DNA from: Brevinematales bacterium
GTDB lineage: Bacteria > Spirochaetota > Brevinematia > Brevinematales > JAOACQ01
Assembly: GCA_037479045.1 (NCBI GenBank)
Contig: JBBFLL010000005.1
Location: 42,749 to 106,748, forward strand
DNA length: 64,000 nt
Direction of reading: 5' to 3'
Below are positions 9,803-19,751 of the stretch, in pieces; within the stretch, counting starts at the first letter, position 1, and every line of letters starts with the position of its first letter. Made by a program: the position numbers and the translations under genes. The notes beneath the pieces were generated by a model. The model did no database searches and had not been told where the DNA came from. It worked only from the letters and a program-made list of their open reading frames with translations.

Positions 9803-10549
9803 ATGGGAAAATTAGACAATAAGAATGCAATAGTAACAGGATCAGCAAGAGGCATTGGGAAAGCAATAGCAGTAAAACTTGCAGAAGAAGGTGCAAATGT
9901 TGTAATTGTAGACGTAAATTATGAAGCCGCTGTTGAAACTTCAGAAGAAATAAAGAAAATGGGTAGAAAAAGTTTTGCAATGAAAGTTGATGTAACAAAA
10001 TACGACGAAGTTGAAGCAATGATAGAAAAGACAAAAACAGAACTTGGTAGTGTTGATATTCTTGTAAACAATGCAGGAATAACAAAAGATAACCTTATTC
10101 TCAAAATGACTCCAGAAGACTTTGATCTTGTTATTGATATTAACCTTAAGGGAGTTTTTAATGGTATAAAAGCAGTCTTCCCAGTAATGATGAAACAAAA
10201 GAGTGGAAAAATTATAAACATTGCTTCAGTTATAGGACTTATGGGGAATGTTGGTCAGGCTAATTATGCAGCTTCAAAAGGTGGAGTTATAGCCTTGACA
10301 AAGACAGCAGCTAAAGAATTAGCACAAAGAGGTGTTTGTGTTAACGCAGTTGCACCAGGTTATATACAGACACCTATGACAGACAAACTCCCTGATAATG
10401 TTAAAGAAGAAATCTTAAAACTTGTCCCTATGAGAAGAATGGGGCAACCGGAAGACGTTGCAAAAGCAGTTTTATTCCTTGCTTCTCCAGACTCTGATTA
10501 TATCACAGGTCAAACTATTACCGTTGACGGCGGAATGGTAATGGCTTAA
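9803..10549 (+). CDS. fabG: 3-oxoacyl-ACP reductase
   Basis: SDR motifs [15 protein letters not shown] and YAASKGG, plus the C-terminus [12 protein letters not shown]. Confidence 0.93.
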   Translation: MGKLDNKNAIVTGSARGIGKAIAVKLAEEGANVVIVDVNYEAAVETSEEIKKMGRKSFAMKVDVTKYDEVEAMIEKTKTELGSVDILVNNAGITKDNLILKMTPEDFDLVIDINLKGVFNGIKAVFPVMMKQKSGKIINIASVIGLMGNVGQANYAASKGGVIALTKTAAKELAQRGVCVNAVAPGYIQTPMTDKLPDNVKEEILKLVPMRRMGQPEDVAKAVLFLASPDSDYITGQTITVDGGMVMA

Positions 10550-10569
10550 AAAACTCAGAGGAGACAAAT

Positions 10570-11814
10570 ATGAGAAGAGTAGTAGTAACAGGCATGGGAA
10601 CAATAAACGCCTGTGGGATGAATGTTAAAGAATACTGGGAAAATATAAAAGCAGGGAAAAGTGGTATCACAAAGGTAACAAATGTTGATTTAAAGAACTC
10701 TCCTTCCTTAATTGGAGGAGAAGTTAAGAATGAAAAATTCAATCCTGAAGAACTTATAGACAGAAAATTAGCCAGAAGAATGGATAGATTTACCCACTTT
10801 GCTTTCTATGCAACAAAAGAGGCTCTTTCAGATAGTAAACTTCTCGAAAGTGAAATTGATAAAGACAGGGTTGGTGTAAATATAGCATCTGGAATTGGTG
10901 GAATCCACACCTTTTATGATAATGTTATCAAGATGGAAACTGGTGGACACAAAAAGGTTTCCCCTCTCTTTATTCCAATGCTTATAACGGATATTACTCC
11001 AGGATATGTAGCTATTGAATATGGTTTTAAAGGACCAAACTACTCTGTAAGCTCTGCCTGTGCATCAGCAAGCCATGCTATAGGTAATGCTTTTAACCAC
11101 ATTGTATGTGGAGATGCCGACGTAATGATAACAGGTGGTAGTGAAGCTGCTATGAGCCCTCTGGGATTTGCTGGCTTTACTCAGGCTCAGGCTCTTGCCA
11201 CAAAATATAACGACACTCCAGAAAAGGCATCAAGACCATTTGACAAAGATAGAGATGGATTTGTAATGGCAGAAGGAGCTGGAATTTTAATCCTTGAAGA
11301 ACTTGAACATGCAAAAAGAAGAGGGGCAAAAATATATGCCGAAATTGTGTCCTACGGAATGTCTGACGATGCCAACCATATTACAGCACCTTGTCCAGAT
11401 GGAAGTGGTGGGGCACTCGCAATGATTAATGCAATGAAGAAGGCAAATATTAAACCTGAAGATGTCCAGCTTATTAATACACACGGAACATCAACACCTC
11501 TTGGGGACATTGCAGAAACAAAGGGTGTTAAACTTGCTTTTGGACAGCATGCCTACAAGCTTAAGCTTAACTCCACAAAATCAATGACAGGACATACTCT
11601 TGGGGCTGCTGGTGGTATAGAAGCCATAGCTGTAGTAAAAATGATTGAAGAAGGTATAATTCACCCGACTATAAATCTTGAAAATCCAGACCCTGAATGC
11701 GATCTTGATTATACACCAAATGTCGCAGTGAAATATGATGTAATATATGCTATAAGTAATTCATTTGGTTTTGGTGGTCATAATGTTTCTATCATTTTTA
11801 AGAAATTTGAATAA
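10570..11814 (+). CDS. fabF: 3-oxoacyl-ACP synthase II
   Basis: KAS II motifs (SSACASASHAIG, NTHGTSTPLGD, KSMTGHTLGAAG, NSFGFGGHN). Confidence 0.95.
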   Translation: MRRVVVTGMGTINACGMNVKEYWENIKAGKSGITKVTNVDLKNSPSLIGGEVKNEKFNPEELIDRKLARRMDRFTHFAFYATKEALSDSKLLESEIDKDRVGVNIASGIGGIHTFYDNVIKMETGGHKKVSPLFIPMLITDITPGYVAIEYGFKGPNYSVSSACASASHAIGNAFNHIVCGDADVMITGGSEAAMSPLGFAGFTQAQALATKYNDTPEKASRPFDKDRDGFVMAEGAGILILEELEHAKRRGAKIYAEIVSYGMSDDANHITAPCPDGSGGALAMINAMKKANIKPEDVQLINTHGTSTPLGDIAETKGVKLAFGQHAYKLKLNSTKSMTGHTLGAAGGIEAIAVVKMIEEGIIHPTINLENPDPECDLDYTPNVAVKYDVIYAISNSFGFGGHNVSIIFKKFE

Positions 11815-12535
11815 AAAGAAGGATAACTTAAGCAAAGAAAGAAGGGAAAAACTAATAGAACTTTCCAGAAAGCTCAAAATCAAAATCAATGATTTTGAGC
11901 TTCTGGATAAAGCATTAACACATACTTCTTACGAAAAAGCAAATGGAAGCAAAGGCACTTACGAAAGGCTTGAGTTTCTTGGAGATTCTATTTTAAATAG
12001 TTCTGTAGCCTATATACTATATGATATATGTCCCAATTATAAAGAAGGGACTCTATCGGCTTTAAGAGCAAGTATAGTAGATGAAAAAACACTTTCTGCT
12101 ATATCTATAGGGCTCTCGATTGTAGACTATATAAATTTAGGCAGAGGTGAAACATTATCAGATTTCAGAGCAAAAGAAAAGGTTTCAGCAGATGTGCTTG
12201 AAGCAATTATTGGTGCAATCTTTATTGAAAAAGGATTTGATGAAGCCTTTTCTTTTGTAAAAAGGATCTTACTTAATGAAATAGAAAAGAGAATAAAAAT
12301 AGGCCCAAAAGACTTTAAAACACAACTTCAAAAAATTGTAGTTGCAAAATACAAAGAATATCCGCATTATGAGGTCATAAGCGAAAATGGACCAGAACAC
12401 AACAAAATTTTTGAAGTGTCTGTTTCAGTAAATAACAAAAAATATTTTGCAATAGCAAAAGGCAGAACAAAGAAAGAGGCAGAACAAAAAGCCGCAGAAA
12501 AAGTCTTAAATCAGATGAAAAAGGAAGAAAAATGA
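11783..12535 (+). CDS. rnc: Ribonuclease III (start uncertain; the track ORF begins at TTG 11765)
   Basis: RNase III signature ERLEFLGDSIL, DVLEAIIGAIF, and a C-terminal dsRBD (GPEHNKIF...GRTKKEAEQKAAEKVL). Confidence 0.92.
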   Translation: MFLSFLRNLNKKKDNLSKERREKLIELSRKLKIKINDFELLDKALTHTSYEKANGSKGTYERLEFLGDSILNSSVAYILYDICPNYKEGTLSALRASIVDEKTLSAISIGLSIVDYINLGRGETLSDFRAKEKVSADVLEAIIGAIFIEKGFDEAFSFVKRILLNEIEKRIKIGPKDFKTQLQKIVVAKYKEYPHYEVISENGPEHNKIFEVSVSVNNKKYFAIAKGRTKKEAEQKAAEKVLNQMKKEEK

Positions 12536-13422
12536 GAAGCATGACTGGTTTTGCCACCGAATCAATTTCTACAGAAAGATACGACATCTTTGTTGAAATA
12601 AAAAGTTTAAACTCCAAATATTTTGAATTTAAACTGAAAGGTAGCGATATAGTAGAACAGTGGGAACCAGAAATAAGAAAACTTGTTTTTGAAAAACTCA
12701 AGAAAGGAAAAGTAGATATCTACATAAAAATAGTAGAAAAAACAGCAGAAAATTACAATGTAATAATAAACACAGATCTTGCAAAAAAATTTGAAAAATC
12801 TTTAAAAGAACTCTCAAATGAACTCTCCATATTACCAGAGGTAAGTTTGAGGGATTTTATAGGACTTGGACACATTTTCTATCTTGAAAGAATTTCAGAA
12901 ACAGATGGTATGTTTGAAGAATGTATGAAATTAATATCAAAAGCCATAGAAAATTTAACAAAAATGATGCAAGTAGAAGCCGAAAAAATTATTAGTGATA
13001 TTCTTAATTCTTTAAACATTATTTCAGAGCTTACGAACCAGATTGGGCAAATTTATCCTTCATCTATAGAAAAATACAAAGAATCCTTAAAAGAAAAAAT
13101 CAAAGAAATGCTTTCAGAGAATTTTAAAGAGATAGATATCAATGCCATTGACAATAGAGTGTTATTTGATGCAGAATTATTGGCTTCAAAAATCGCTATA
13201 AACGAAGAAATAGTAAGGCTTAAAAGTCATATTGAGCAATTTAAAAATATAATGCTTTCAAAAGAAGAAGATTCAAGGAAACTTGACTTCATAGCACAGG
13301 AAATGTTCAGAGAAATAAACACAATAAGTGCTAAATCCGTAGACTTAAAAGTAATTGAAAATACAATAAGTGTTAAAGCTGAAATTGAAAAAATAAGAGA
13401 ACATTTGAGAAACATAGTATGA
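12532..13422 (+). CDS. yicC: YicC-family stress-induced endoribonuclease
   Basis: MRSMTGFA N-terminus and the C-terminal motif EEIVRLKSHI...GRKLDFIAQEMFREINTI. Confidence 0.88.
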   Translation: MRSMTGFATESISTERYDIFVEIKSLNSKYFEFKLKGSDIVEQWEPEIRKLVFEKLKKGKVDIYIKIVEKTAENYNVIINTDLAKKFEKSLKELSNELSILPEVSLRDFIGLGHIFYLERISETDGMFEECMKLISKAIENLTKMMQVEAEKIISDILNSLNIISELTNQIGQIYPSSIEKYKESLKEKIKEMLSENFKEIDINAIDNRVLFDAELLASKIAINEEIVRLKSHIEQFKNIMLSKEEDSRKLDFIAQEMFREINTISAKSVDLKVIENTISVKAEIEKIREHLRNIV

Positions 13423-13973
13423 AAAAAGTAATTGTAATTTCAGGTCCTTCTGGTGTAGGTAAAACTACCATCTATAAAAAATTGCTTGAAGAATTTAAAG
13501 ATAAGATTGAGTTTTCAATTTCAGCCACAACAAGAAAACCAAGAGAAAATGAAAAGGATGGTGTTGATTATTATTTCATAACTAAAGAAGAATTTGAGAA
13601 AAAAATTGCCAACAACGAATTCATAGAATGGGCAAACGTTTACGGAAATTACTATGGCACACTGAGAAGCGAAATAGATAGAATTTTAAAAAACAAACAT
13701 TGTCTACTTGACATTGATGTTCAGGGTGGACTTAATGTAAAAAAAATATTTGACAATAGTTATTTGATTTTCATAAAACCACCATCAATTGAGGCTTTAA
13801 AAGAAAGATTAATAAATAGACATCTTGATAACAAAAAAGAAATAGAAAAGAGGCTTGCTTTTGCTGAAGAAGAAATAAGTAAGAGTGTGTTTTATGACTT
13901 TGTTATCATAAATGACAATCTTATAGATTGTTATAATACTATAAAAGAAAAAATACAAAATTTGATTTCATAA
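13419..13973 (+). CDS. gmk: Guanylate kinase
   Basis: P-loop GPSGVGKTT, SATTRKPRENEKDGVDYYF and ANVYGNYYGT. The start overlaps yicC by 4 nt. Confidence 0.94.
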   Translation: MKKVIVISGPSGVGKTTIYKKLLEEFKDKIEFSISATTRKPRENEKDGVDYYFITKEEFEKKIANNEFIEWANVYGNYYGTLRSEIDRILKNKHCLLDIDVQGGLNVKKIFDNSYLIFIKPPSIEALKERLINRHLDNKKEIEKRLAFAEEEISKSVFYDFVIINDNLIDCYNTIKEKIQNLIS

Positions 13974-13982
13974 GGAGTTTTT

Positions 13983-15389
13983 ATGGCAGAAGAAAAAAAA
14001 TCCCTTTTAGCTTATGAAAAGAAAAGTGCATGGTTAACCATAACAGAAAATGAGAAGAAAAAGGTTTTTGAATTCGCAGAAGAATATAAAGATTTTATCA
14101 ACAAAGGCAAAACAGAAAGAGAATGCGTAAATTATGTAGAAAATATAGCAAAAAAAGCTGGTTTTAAAGAACTATCAAAAGCCAAGTATAAGGCTGGAGA
14201 AAAAATTTTGATAAAAAACGCAAACAAGAATATTATCCTTGCTATAATTGGTAAAAATTCAATGCTTGAAGGTATTAACCTCATTGTTTCACACATCGAT
14301 GCACCAAGACTTGATTTAAAACCTTTACCACTTATTGAAGATAGCGAAATGGCTTTACTTAAAACTCATTACTATGGTGGAATAAAAAAATACCACTGGG
14401 TAAATATGCCTCTTTCTCTACATGGAGTTGTCATTAACTCAAAAGGTGAAAAAATAGAAATAACAATCGGCGAAGATGAAAATGACCCTGTCTTTGTAAT
14501 TAACGACTTACTACCTCATCTTGCAGGAAAAGTTCAGGGTGAGAAAAAAGCCTCAGAAGTAATAGAAGGAGAAAATCTTAAACTCCTTGTCGGAAATATT
14601 CCTGTCAATAACAAAGATATTCAGGAAAAAGTGAAAGAAACAGTCTTAATAAAGTTAAATGAGCTTTATGGAATAAAAGAAGAAGATTTTATTTCAGCAG
14701 AACTTGAAGTTGTTCCAGCTTTTAAGGCAAGAGACGTTGGAATAGATAGAAGTATGATAGGTGCATATGGGCAAGATGATAGAATATGTAGTTTTGCAAA
14801 TTTTAGAGCCTTGATTGATTTTGAAGGCATTCCTGAAAAAACTATTCTCTCAATACTTGTTGATAAAGAAGAAATTGGTTCCTATGGAGTATCAGGTATA
14901 AGATCAAAATTTATGTATAACTCCATAGGAGATATTTTCGCACTTGAAAAACCAGACTATAGAGAAAGTGAGTTAAGGACTTTACTTACTAAATCTTACT
15001 GTATCTCTGCCGATGTAGGTGCTGTGATAAACCCAATGTATAAGGAAGTTTTTGACCCATTAAATTCTCCAAAAATGGGCTGTGGAATGCTTCTTGAAAA
15101 ATATACTGGTTCAAGAGGAAAATCTGGTGCAAGCGATGCATCTGCAGAGCTTATGGGTAAAGTAAGAAAAATCTTTAATGACAATAAAGTAATCTGGCAA
15201 TCTTCACTACTTGGAAAGGTTGATGAGGGTGGTGGTGGAACAGTGGCTTTATATCTTGCAGATTTGGGTATTGCTGTTGTAGACTCAGGTATAGGACTTG
15301 ATGGAATGCACTCACCCTTTGAAGTTGCAAGTAAAGTAGATTTATATGAGGCTTATAAGGGATATAAAGCCTTTTTAAAAGACGCTTAA
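13983..15389 (+). CDS. M18-family aminopeptidase
   Basis: SHIDAPRLDLKP, GAYGQDDRICSF, DKEEIGS, and a length and pattern typical of aminopeptidase 1 (M18). Confidence 0.82.
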   Translation: MAEEKKSLLAYEKKSAWLTITENEKKKVFEFAEEYKDFINKGKTERECVNYVENIAKKAGFKELSKAKYKAGEKILIKNANKNIILAIIGKNSMLEGINLIVSHIDAPRLDLKPLPLIEDSEMALLKTHYYGGIKKYHWVNMPLSLHGVVINSKGEKIEITIGEDENDPVFVINDLLPHLAGKVQGEKKASEVIEGENLKLLVGNIPVNNKDIQEKVKETVLIKLNELYGIKEEDFISAELEVVPAFKARDVGIDRSMIGAYGQDDRICSFANFRALIDFEGIPEKTILSILVDKEEIGSYGVSGIRSKFMYNSIGDIFALEKPDYRESELRTLLTKSYCISADVGAVINPMYKEVFDPLNSPKMGCGMLLEKYTGSRGKSGASDASAELMGKVRKIFNDNKVIWQSSLLGKVDEGGGGTVALYLADLGIAVVDSGIGLDGMHSPFEVASKVDLYEAYKGYKAFLKDA

Positions 15390-15418
15390 ATTGAAATATC
15401 GGTGATGTCATCGACCTC

Positions 15419-15447
15419 TTGTAATTTTTAGCGTTATATTATATAAT
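15419..15447 (+). promoter_or_regulatory. Sigma-70-like promoter upstream of yjbQ
   Basis: TTGTAA (15419-15424), a 17-nt spacer, then TATAAT (15442-15447). The ATG at 15464 is preceded by GGAGG. Confidence 0.5.
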
Positions 15448-15463
15448 TAAAAATGGAGGCGAG

Positions 15464-15862
15464 ATGCTCTTTGAGAAATCAATAAAAACCAACAAAAGAA
15501 ATGAATTATTAGATATTACAAATGAAGTCGAGAGAGCCGTAAAAGATTCTGGAATAAAAGAAGGTATTTGCATCATATTTGTAGAACATACTACAGCTGG
15601 TCTTACCATAAATGAAAACGCAGACCCAGATGTAAAAAGGGATATAATAACCTTTTTTGAAAAAAATGTCCCTGTTAACTTCGGTTTTTTTCATTCTGAA
15701 GGAAATTCAGACTCTCATATAAAATCAACTATTTTCTCTCCATCTTTAACATTAATAATACATAATTCTGAATTAGTTCTTGGAACATGGCAGGGTATAT
15801 ATTTCTGTGAGTTTGATGGTCCAAGAACAAGAAGATATTACATAAAATGTATTTCAGATTAA
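15464..15862 (+). CDS. yjbQ: YjbQ/UPF0047 family protein (secondary thiamine-phosphate synthase-like)
   Basis: HTTAGLTINENADPDV...D, HSEGNSDSHIKS and GTWQGIYFCEFDGPR. Confidence 0.88.
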   Translation: MLFEKSIKTNKRNELLDITNEVERAVKDSGIKEGICIIFVEHTTAGLTINENADPDVKRDIITFFEKNVPVNFGFFHSEGNSDSHIKSTIFSPSLTLIIHNSELVLGTWQGIYFCEFDGPRTRRYYIKCISD

Positions 15863-17352
15863 TATATCTACTTATTATTCCTGTTGTTCTGTATTTCTAT
15901 CATAAAAAAAAGAATCTATTTAAAAGTGTTTTGCTATTTATTATCCTTTTAATTTTCTCTATGGTTATTCTTAAAGAAAAATTAAACTTTGAGTTTCAAG
16001 TGAAAAAAGATATTCCAGTAATTTTAATGATAGATGCAAGTAGAAGTTTCAATAAAAATATTGAAATAGCAAAAAATTTCTTAAAATACTTTGATGATTT
16101 TTATTACTTTTCAGATGTATTGAGTAAAAAAACAAATTTTCTCAATTATGAATTCAGCTATATTTACAAAAACATTTCAACTCTCAAAGAAAAATTAAAG
16201 AAAAATGTTAAAATTGTTGTTTTTTCTGACTTACAGGATAATTCAAATGAAAAAAATTTTGACCCTTATAATGTCTATTTTTTGTATAAAGAAAATACAA
16301 ACTACAACAATTTATCTATATACGAAATAAAAATTGACGAAAACATTTTCTCTGGTGAACCTTTTGAGGTTGAATTACAGGTTTACTCACAAAATGAGAC
16401 AAACATTCTTTTTTACTTAAAAGAGAAAGAAATATTATATAAGGAAGTTATTAAATTAAGCAAGGGCTTAAATACAATTAAAAAAGTTTTAAAATTTGAT
16501 TTTACTGGCTTTAAAAATCTTTCCTTTGGTGTAGGAACAAAAGAAATTGAAAGACTTATAAATTTCTCCAAAGAGACTTATAGAATCTTTTTAGCCACAT
16601 CTTATCCAGATGAAGAATATGTATTTCTCAAAAGATTTCTTCACGAATTTAAATGGATAACTATCGATTCAAAAGTCCTACTCCATAAGAACGACAAAAT
16701 AAATATTACAAAAAAATATAATGGACATATCTTTATCAATTTTACACCAGAACATTCTATTGATTTAAAAAAGTTGAGCAATTCAATCTTTGTATTTACG
16801 GAAAGTAAAAAAAACACCCTTATCACACCTCTTACAAATATGGGAATAAAAGAAAAAATCACAAATGAATATGGCAAAATATACATTCTTTCCAACAATA
16901 TAAGAATCACGGAAGGAATAAATAGCTGGAAAATAAAATTAAAACAGGCAATTTTAAACCCTTCAGAAAATTTCTATAGCAAATACTGGTTTGAAAATCT
17001 AAAAGATTTTTTAACTGAGAGAAAAAACTTTTTTGAAAAATATAATTATATCTTAAACGAAAATGCCCCCTTCGATACCTCAAAGATAGGTATATTTGAA
17101 AAGGATAAAATTAAATATAAGGTTAACTACAATGAAAAAGAAGATTTTTACCCGATTTTTACCCTCGATACAAACAATTTGAAGATTTTCAATGTTGATA
17201 AAATAAATTTAAAAGAATTCATTAAAAATCTAAAATCTGAATCAAAAATTATAGAAAAAATTCAAATAAAAATAGATTTTTCAAGCAATATTTTTGTATT
17301 AATTATACTACTCATTCTTCTTTTTATTTTCTGGTTTTACAATAAATTTTGA
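15847..17352 (+). CDS. Membrane protein of unknown function with N- and C-terminal hydrophobic anchors
   Basis: 501-aa ORF with hydrophobic stretches at both ends (LIYLLIIPVVLYF / VLLFIILLIFSMVIL and IFVLIILLILLFIFWF). The start overlaps yjbQ by 16 nt. No motif recognised. Confidence 0.6.
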   Translation: MYFRLIYLLIIPVVLYFYHKKKNLFKSVLLFIILLIFSMVILKEKLNFEFQVKKDIPVILMIDASRSFNKNIEIAKNFLKYFDDFYYFSDVLSKKTNFLNYEFSYIYKNISTLKEKLKKNVKIVVFSDLQDNSNEKNFDPYNVYFLYKENTNYNNLSIYEIKIDENIFSGEPFEVELQVYSQNETNILFYLKEKEILYKEVIKLSKGLNTIKKVLKFDFTGFKNLSFGVGTKEIERLINFSKETYRIFLATSYPDEEYVFLKRFLHEFKWITIDSKVLLHKNDKINITKKYNGHIFINFTPEHSIDLKKLSNSIFVFTESKKNTLITPLTNMGIKEKITNEYGKIYILSNNIRITEGINSWKIKLKQAILNPSENFYSKYWFENLKDFLTERKNFFEKYNYILNENAPFDTSKIGIFEKDKIKYKVNYNEKEDFYPIFTLDTNNLKIFNVDKINLKEFIKNLKSESKIIEKIQIKIDFSSNIFVLIILLILLFIFWFYNKF

Positions 17353-17384
17353 CAAATCTTCTTTTTTGATATAAATTAATATTT

Positions 17385-18602
17385 ATGAAAAAAGAGCTTG
17401 AAAATCTCGAATTAATCGCTAAATTTATACTCAAACTATTTGATCTATCATATATTGAAAGGTGGAATGACCACCCAAAACCTTTTCAGATAACAGAACT
17501 CGACAAACAGGCACACAAGGCTATCATAGCCTATCTCATAGGACACTTTGAGGAACAGAGAGGCATAAAAATAGACTGGAACTACCTTATAGAGGGAATA
17601 ATATTTGAGGCGTTATACAGATCAGTATTAACAGACATAAAGCCTCAGGTATACCATAGAATAATGTCAGAAAGAAAAAAAGAAGTCCACGAATATGTTA
17701 TAAAAAATCTTGGAGAAATTTTAAAATTATTTAATGAAAAAAAATTTAATGAATATTTCAACTCTGAAAAAAGAATAGAAAATAGAATCATAAGAGCTGC
17801 CCACTTTCTTGCAACATACTGGGAATTTGAGATGATCTACTCTATGGGTCTCAGATTCTATGGAATGGAAGAAATAAAAAAAAGCATAGAAGACACCATA
17901 GAAGATTATTTCGACCTTACAGGAGTGGAGAGAATTTTTCTCAAGAAAAAAAGCTTCAATTTTGTTGACCTTGTAGGACAGTTAAGATTTCAGAAAAGAT
18001 GGATACAATCACCTCGAATACCCCTTACAAGTGTATTGGGACATATGTTTGTTGTTGCAAGTCTTGCCTTCGTAATCTCAAAGAAAAAAGGTTACTATCC
18101 CAAAAGATGCTATAACAACTTCTTTTGTGGACTTTTCCATGATTTGCCTGAGGTAGCCACAAGAGATATAGTTTCTCCCATCAAGAGAGATGTAAAAGAC
18201 CTTGATGAAGTGATAAAAAAATACGAAAGAGAACAGATAGAAAATAAAATTCTCCCCCTCTTACCAAATTTTATACACTCTGAATTTAAATACCTGCTCG
18301 GCATAATTAATGAAAGCAGTTTTGACGAATTCAAAAACAGAATATTTAAAGAAAATCCAGAAGAAATAAAAGAAATTCCACAAAATATGTCAACAGACGA
18401 ATATTCTCCATTAGATGGAACTCTCATCAAAACAACTGATAGAATTGCCGCTTTTATTGAGGCATCTCTTTCAATTCATCATGGTTTAAAGTCAAAACAT
18501 TTACTCGAAGGCATAAAATCAGTTACAGAAAATATAGAAGAAGAATTTGAACCCCTGCTTCAAATAATTTCAAAGAACCTTGAGCTCGATAAGAGTATTT
18601 AA
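17385..18602 (+). CDS. Tandem YfbR-like HD-domain protein: N-terminal copy degenerate, C-terminal copy intact
   Basis: The C-terminal half has RW...LGHMFVVASLA and FHDLPEVATRDIVSPIK (a YfbR-like 5'-nucleotidase pattern). The N-terminal half repeats the pattern (ERWNDHP...QAHKAIIAYL, FEALYRSVLTDIKPQV) without the HD dyad. Confidence 0.75.
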   Translation: MKKELENLELIAKFILKLFDLSYIERWNDHPKPFQITELDKQAHKAIIAYLIGHFEEQRGIKIDWNYLIEGIIFEALYRSVLTDIKPQVYHRIMSERKKEVHEYVIKNLGEILKLFNEKKFNEYFNSEKRIENRIIRAAHFLATYWEFEMIYSMGLRFYGMEEIKKSIEDTIEDYFDLTGVERIFLKKKSFNFVDLVGQLRFQKRWIQSPRIPLTSVLGHMFVVASLAFVISKKKGYYPKRCYNNFFCGLFHDLPEVATRDIVSPIKRDVKDLDEVIKKYEREQIENKILPLLPNFIHSEFKYLLGIINESSFDEFKNRIFKENPEEIKEIPQNMSTDEYSPLDGTLIKTTDRIAAFIEASLSIHHGLKSKHLLEGIKSVTENIEEEFEPLLQIISKNLELDKSI

Positions 18603-19751
18603 AAGCTCTTTTGCAACATATTCAGCATCCTCATCCTTCATCTTTGAATAGACTGGCAAACTTACCTCAGAAATATATGTTCTATAGCTTACAGGATAAT
18701 CGGTAATCTTATATCCAAGTTTTTTGTAGGCTGGATGCATAACAACTGGAATATAATGCACATTAAGACTTATCCCTTTTTCTGCCATTCTTTTTATCAA
18801 TTCATTCCTTTTTTCTTCTTCAATGTTTTTGATTCTTAAGGCATAAAGATGATAAGAAGTTTCTTTTTCTGTTGTCTTAAATGGTGGTAATATAAGATTT
18901 TCTTTATTTAATATTTCATTATAGATATTAAAAATAGCCTTTCTACGAGGTAAAATCTCATTTTCGTATCTTTCAAATTGTGCAAGGCCCAAAGCCGCCT
19001 GTATATCAGTCATATTAAACTTATAACCTATTTCCTCTATCTCATAATACCAGCTATTTGAAGTATTGTATTTAGCAAAAGCATCTTTACTCTGACCATG
19101 CAAAGCAAGAAGTTTCAATTTCCTGAAAATTTCTTCATCATCAGAATTAAAAACTATAGTTCCACCCTCTGCAGTCGTAAGATTTTTCACAGCATGAAAA
19201 GAAAAAACAGTAAAATCAGGTATTAACCCAGTTTTTCTACCTTTATAGATAGCCCCAAAAGAATGTGCAGAATCAGATATATATTTTATCCCATATTTTT
19301 TACATAAACTTAAAATTTCTTCATAATCAGCTGGAAATCCCCCAAAATCCACCGAAATAATAGCTTTCGTTCTTTTTGTTATAGCTTTTTCAATCGCCGT
19401 CAAAGAAATATTAAAATCATCTCCAATATCAACAAAAACTGGTTTAGCTCCACAGTGTAAAATTACATTTGAGGTAGCCGCAAATGTGTATGGAGTCGTA
19501 ATAACCTCATCACCTTCCTTTACATCAAGCACCTTAAGACACAAAAAAAGACCTGCTGTAGCAGAGTTAAGTAAGATAACATTTCTAACACCACAGTAAA
19601 TTTTTAATTTTTTTTCAAATTCTTTAACCTTTGGTCCTGTTGTTATCCACCCACTTTTTAAAACCTCAATAACATTCTCTATTTCCTTATCCGATATGTC
19701 TGGTGGAGAAAAGGGTATTTTTTTATTCATATTCGCCCTCATATTCTTCAC
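18570..19751 (-). CDS. DegT/DnrJ/EryC1/StrS-family sugar aminotransferase (PglE/PseC-like)
   Basis: Family pattern (GWITTGPKVKEFE, DSAHSFGA, SFHAVKNLTTAEGG, MTDIQAALGLAQ). Confidence 0.9.
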   Translation of the reverse strand: MKNMRANMNKKIPFSPPDISDKEIENVIEVLKSGWITTGPKVKEFEKKLKIYCGVRNVILLNSATAGLFLCLKVLDVKEGDEVITTPYTFAATSNVILHCGAKPVFVDIGDDFNISLTAIEKAITKRTKAIISVDFGGFPADYEEILSLCKKYGIKYISDSAHSFGAIYKGRKTGLIPDFTVFSFHAVKNLTTAEGGTIVFNSDDEEIFRKLKLLALHGQSKDAFAKYNTSNSWYYEIEEIGYKFNMTDIQAALGLAQFERYENEILPRRKAIFNIYNEILNKENLILPPFKTTEKETSYHLYALRIKNIEEEKRNELIKRMAEKGISLNVHYIPVVMHPAYKKLGYKITDYPVSYRTYISEVSLPVYSKMKDEDAEYVAKELLNTLIELKVL

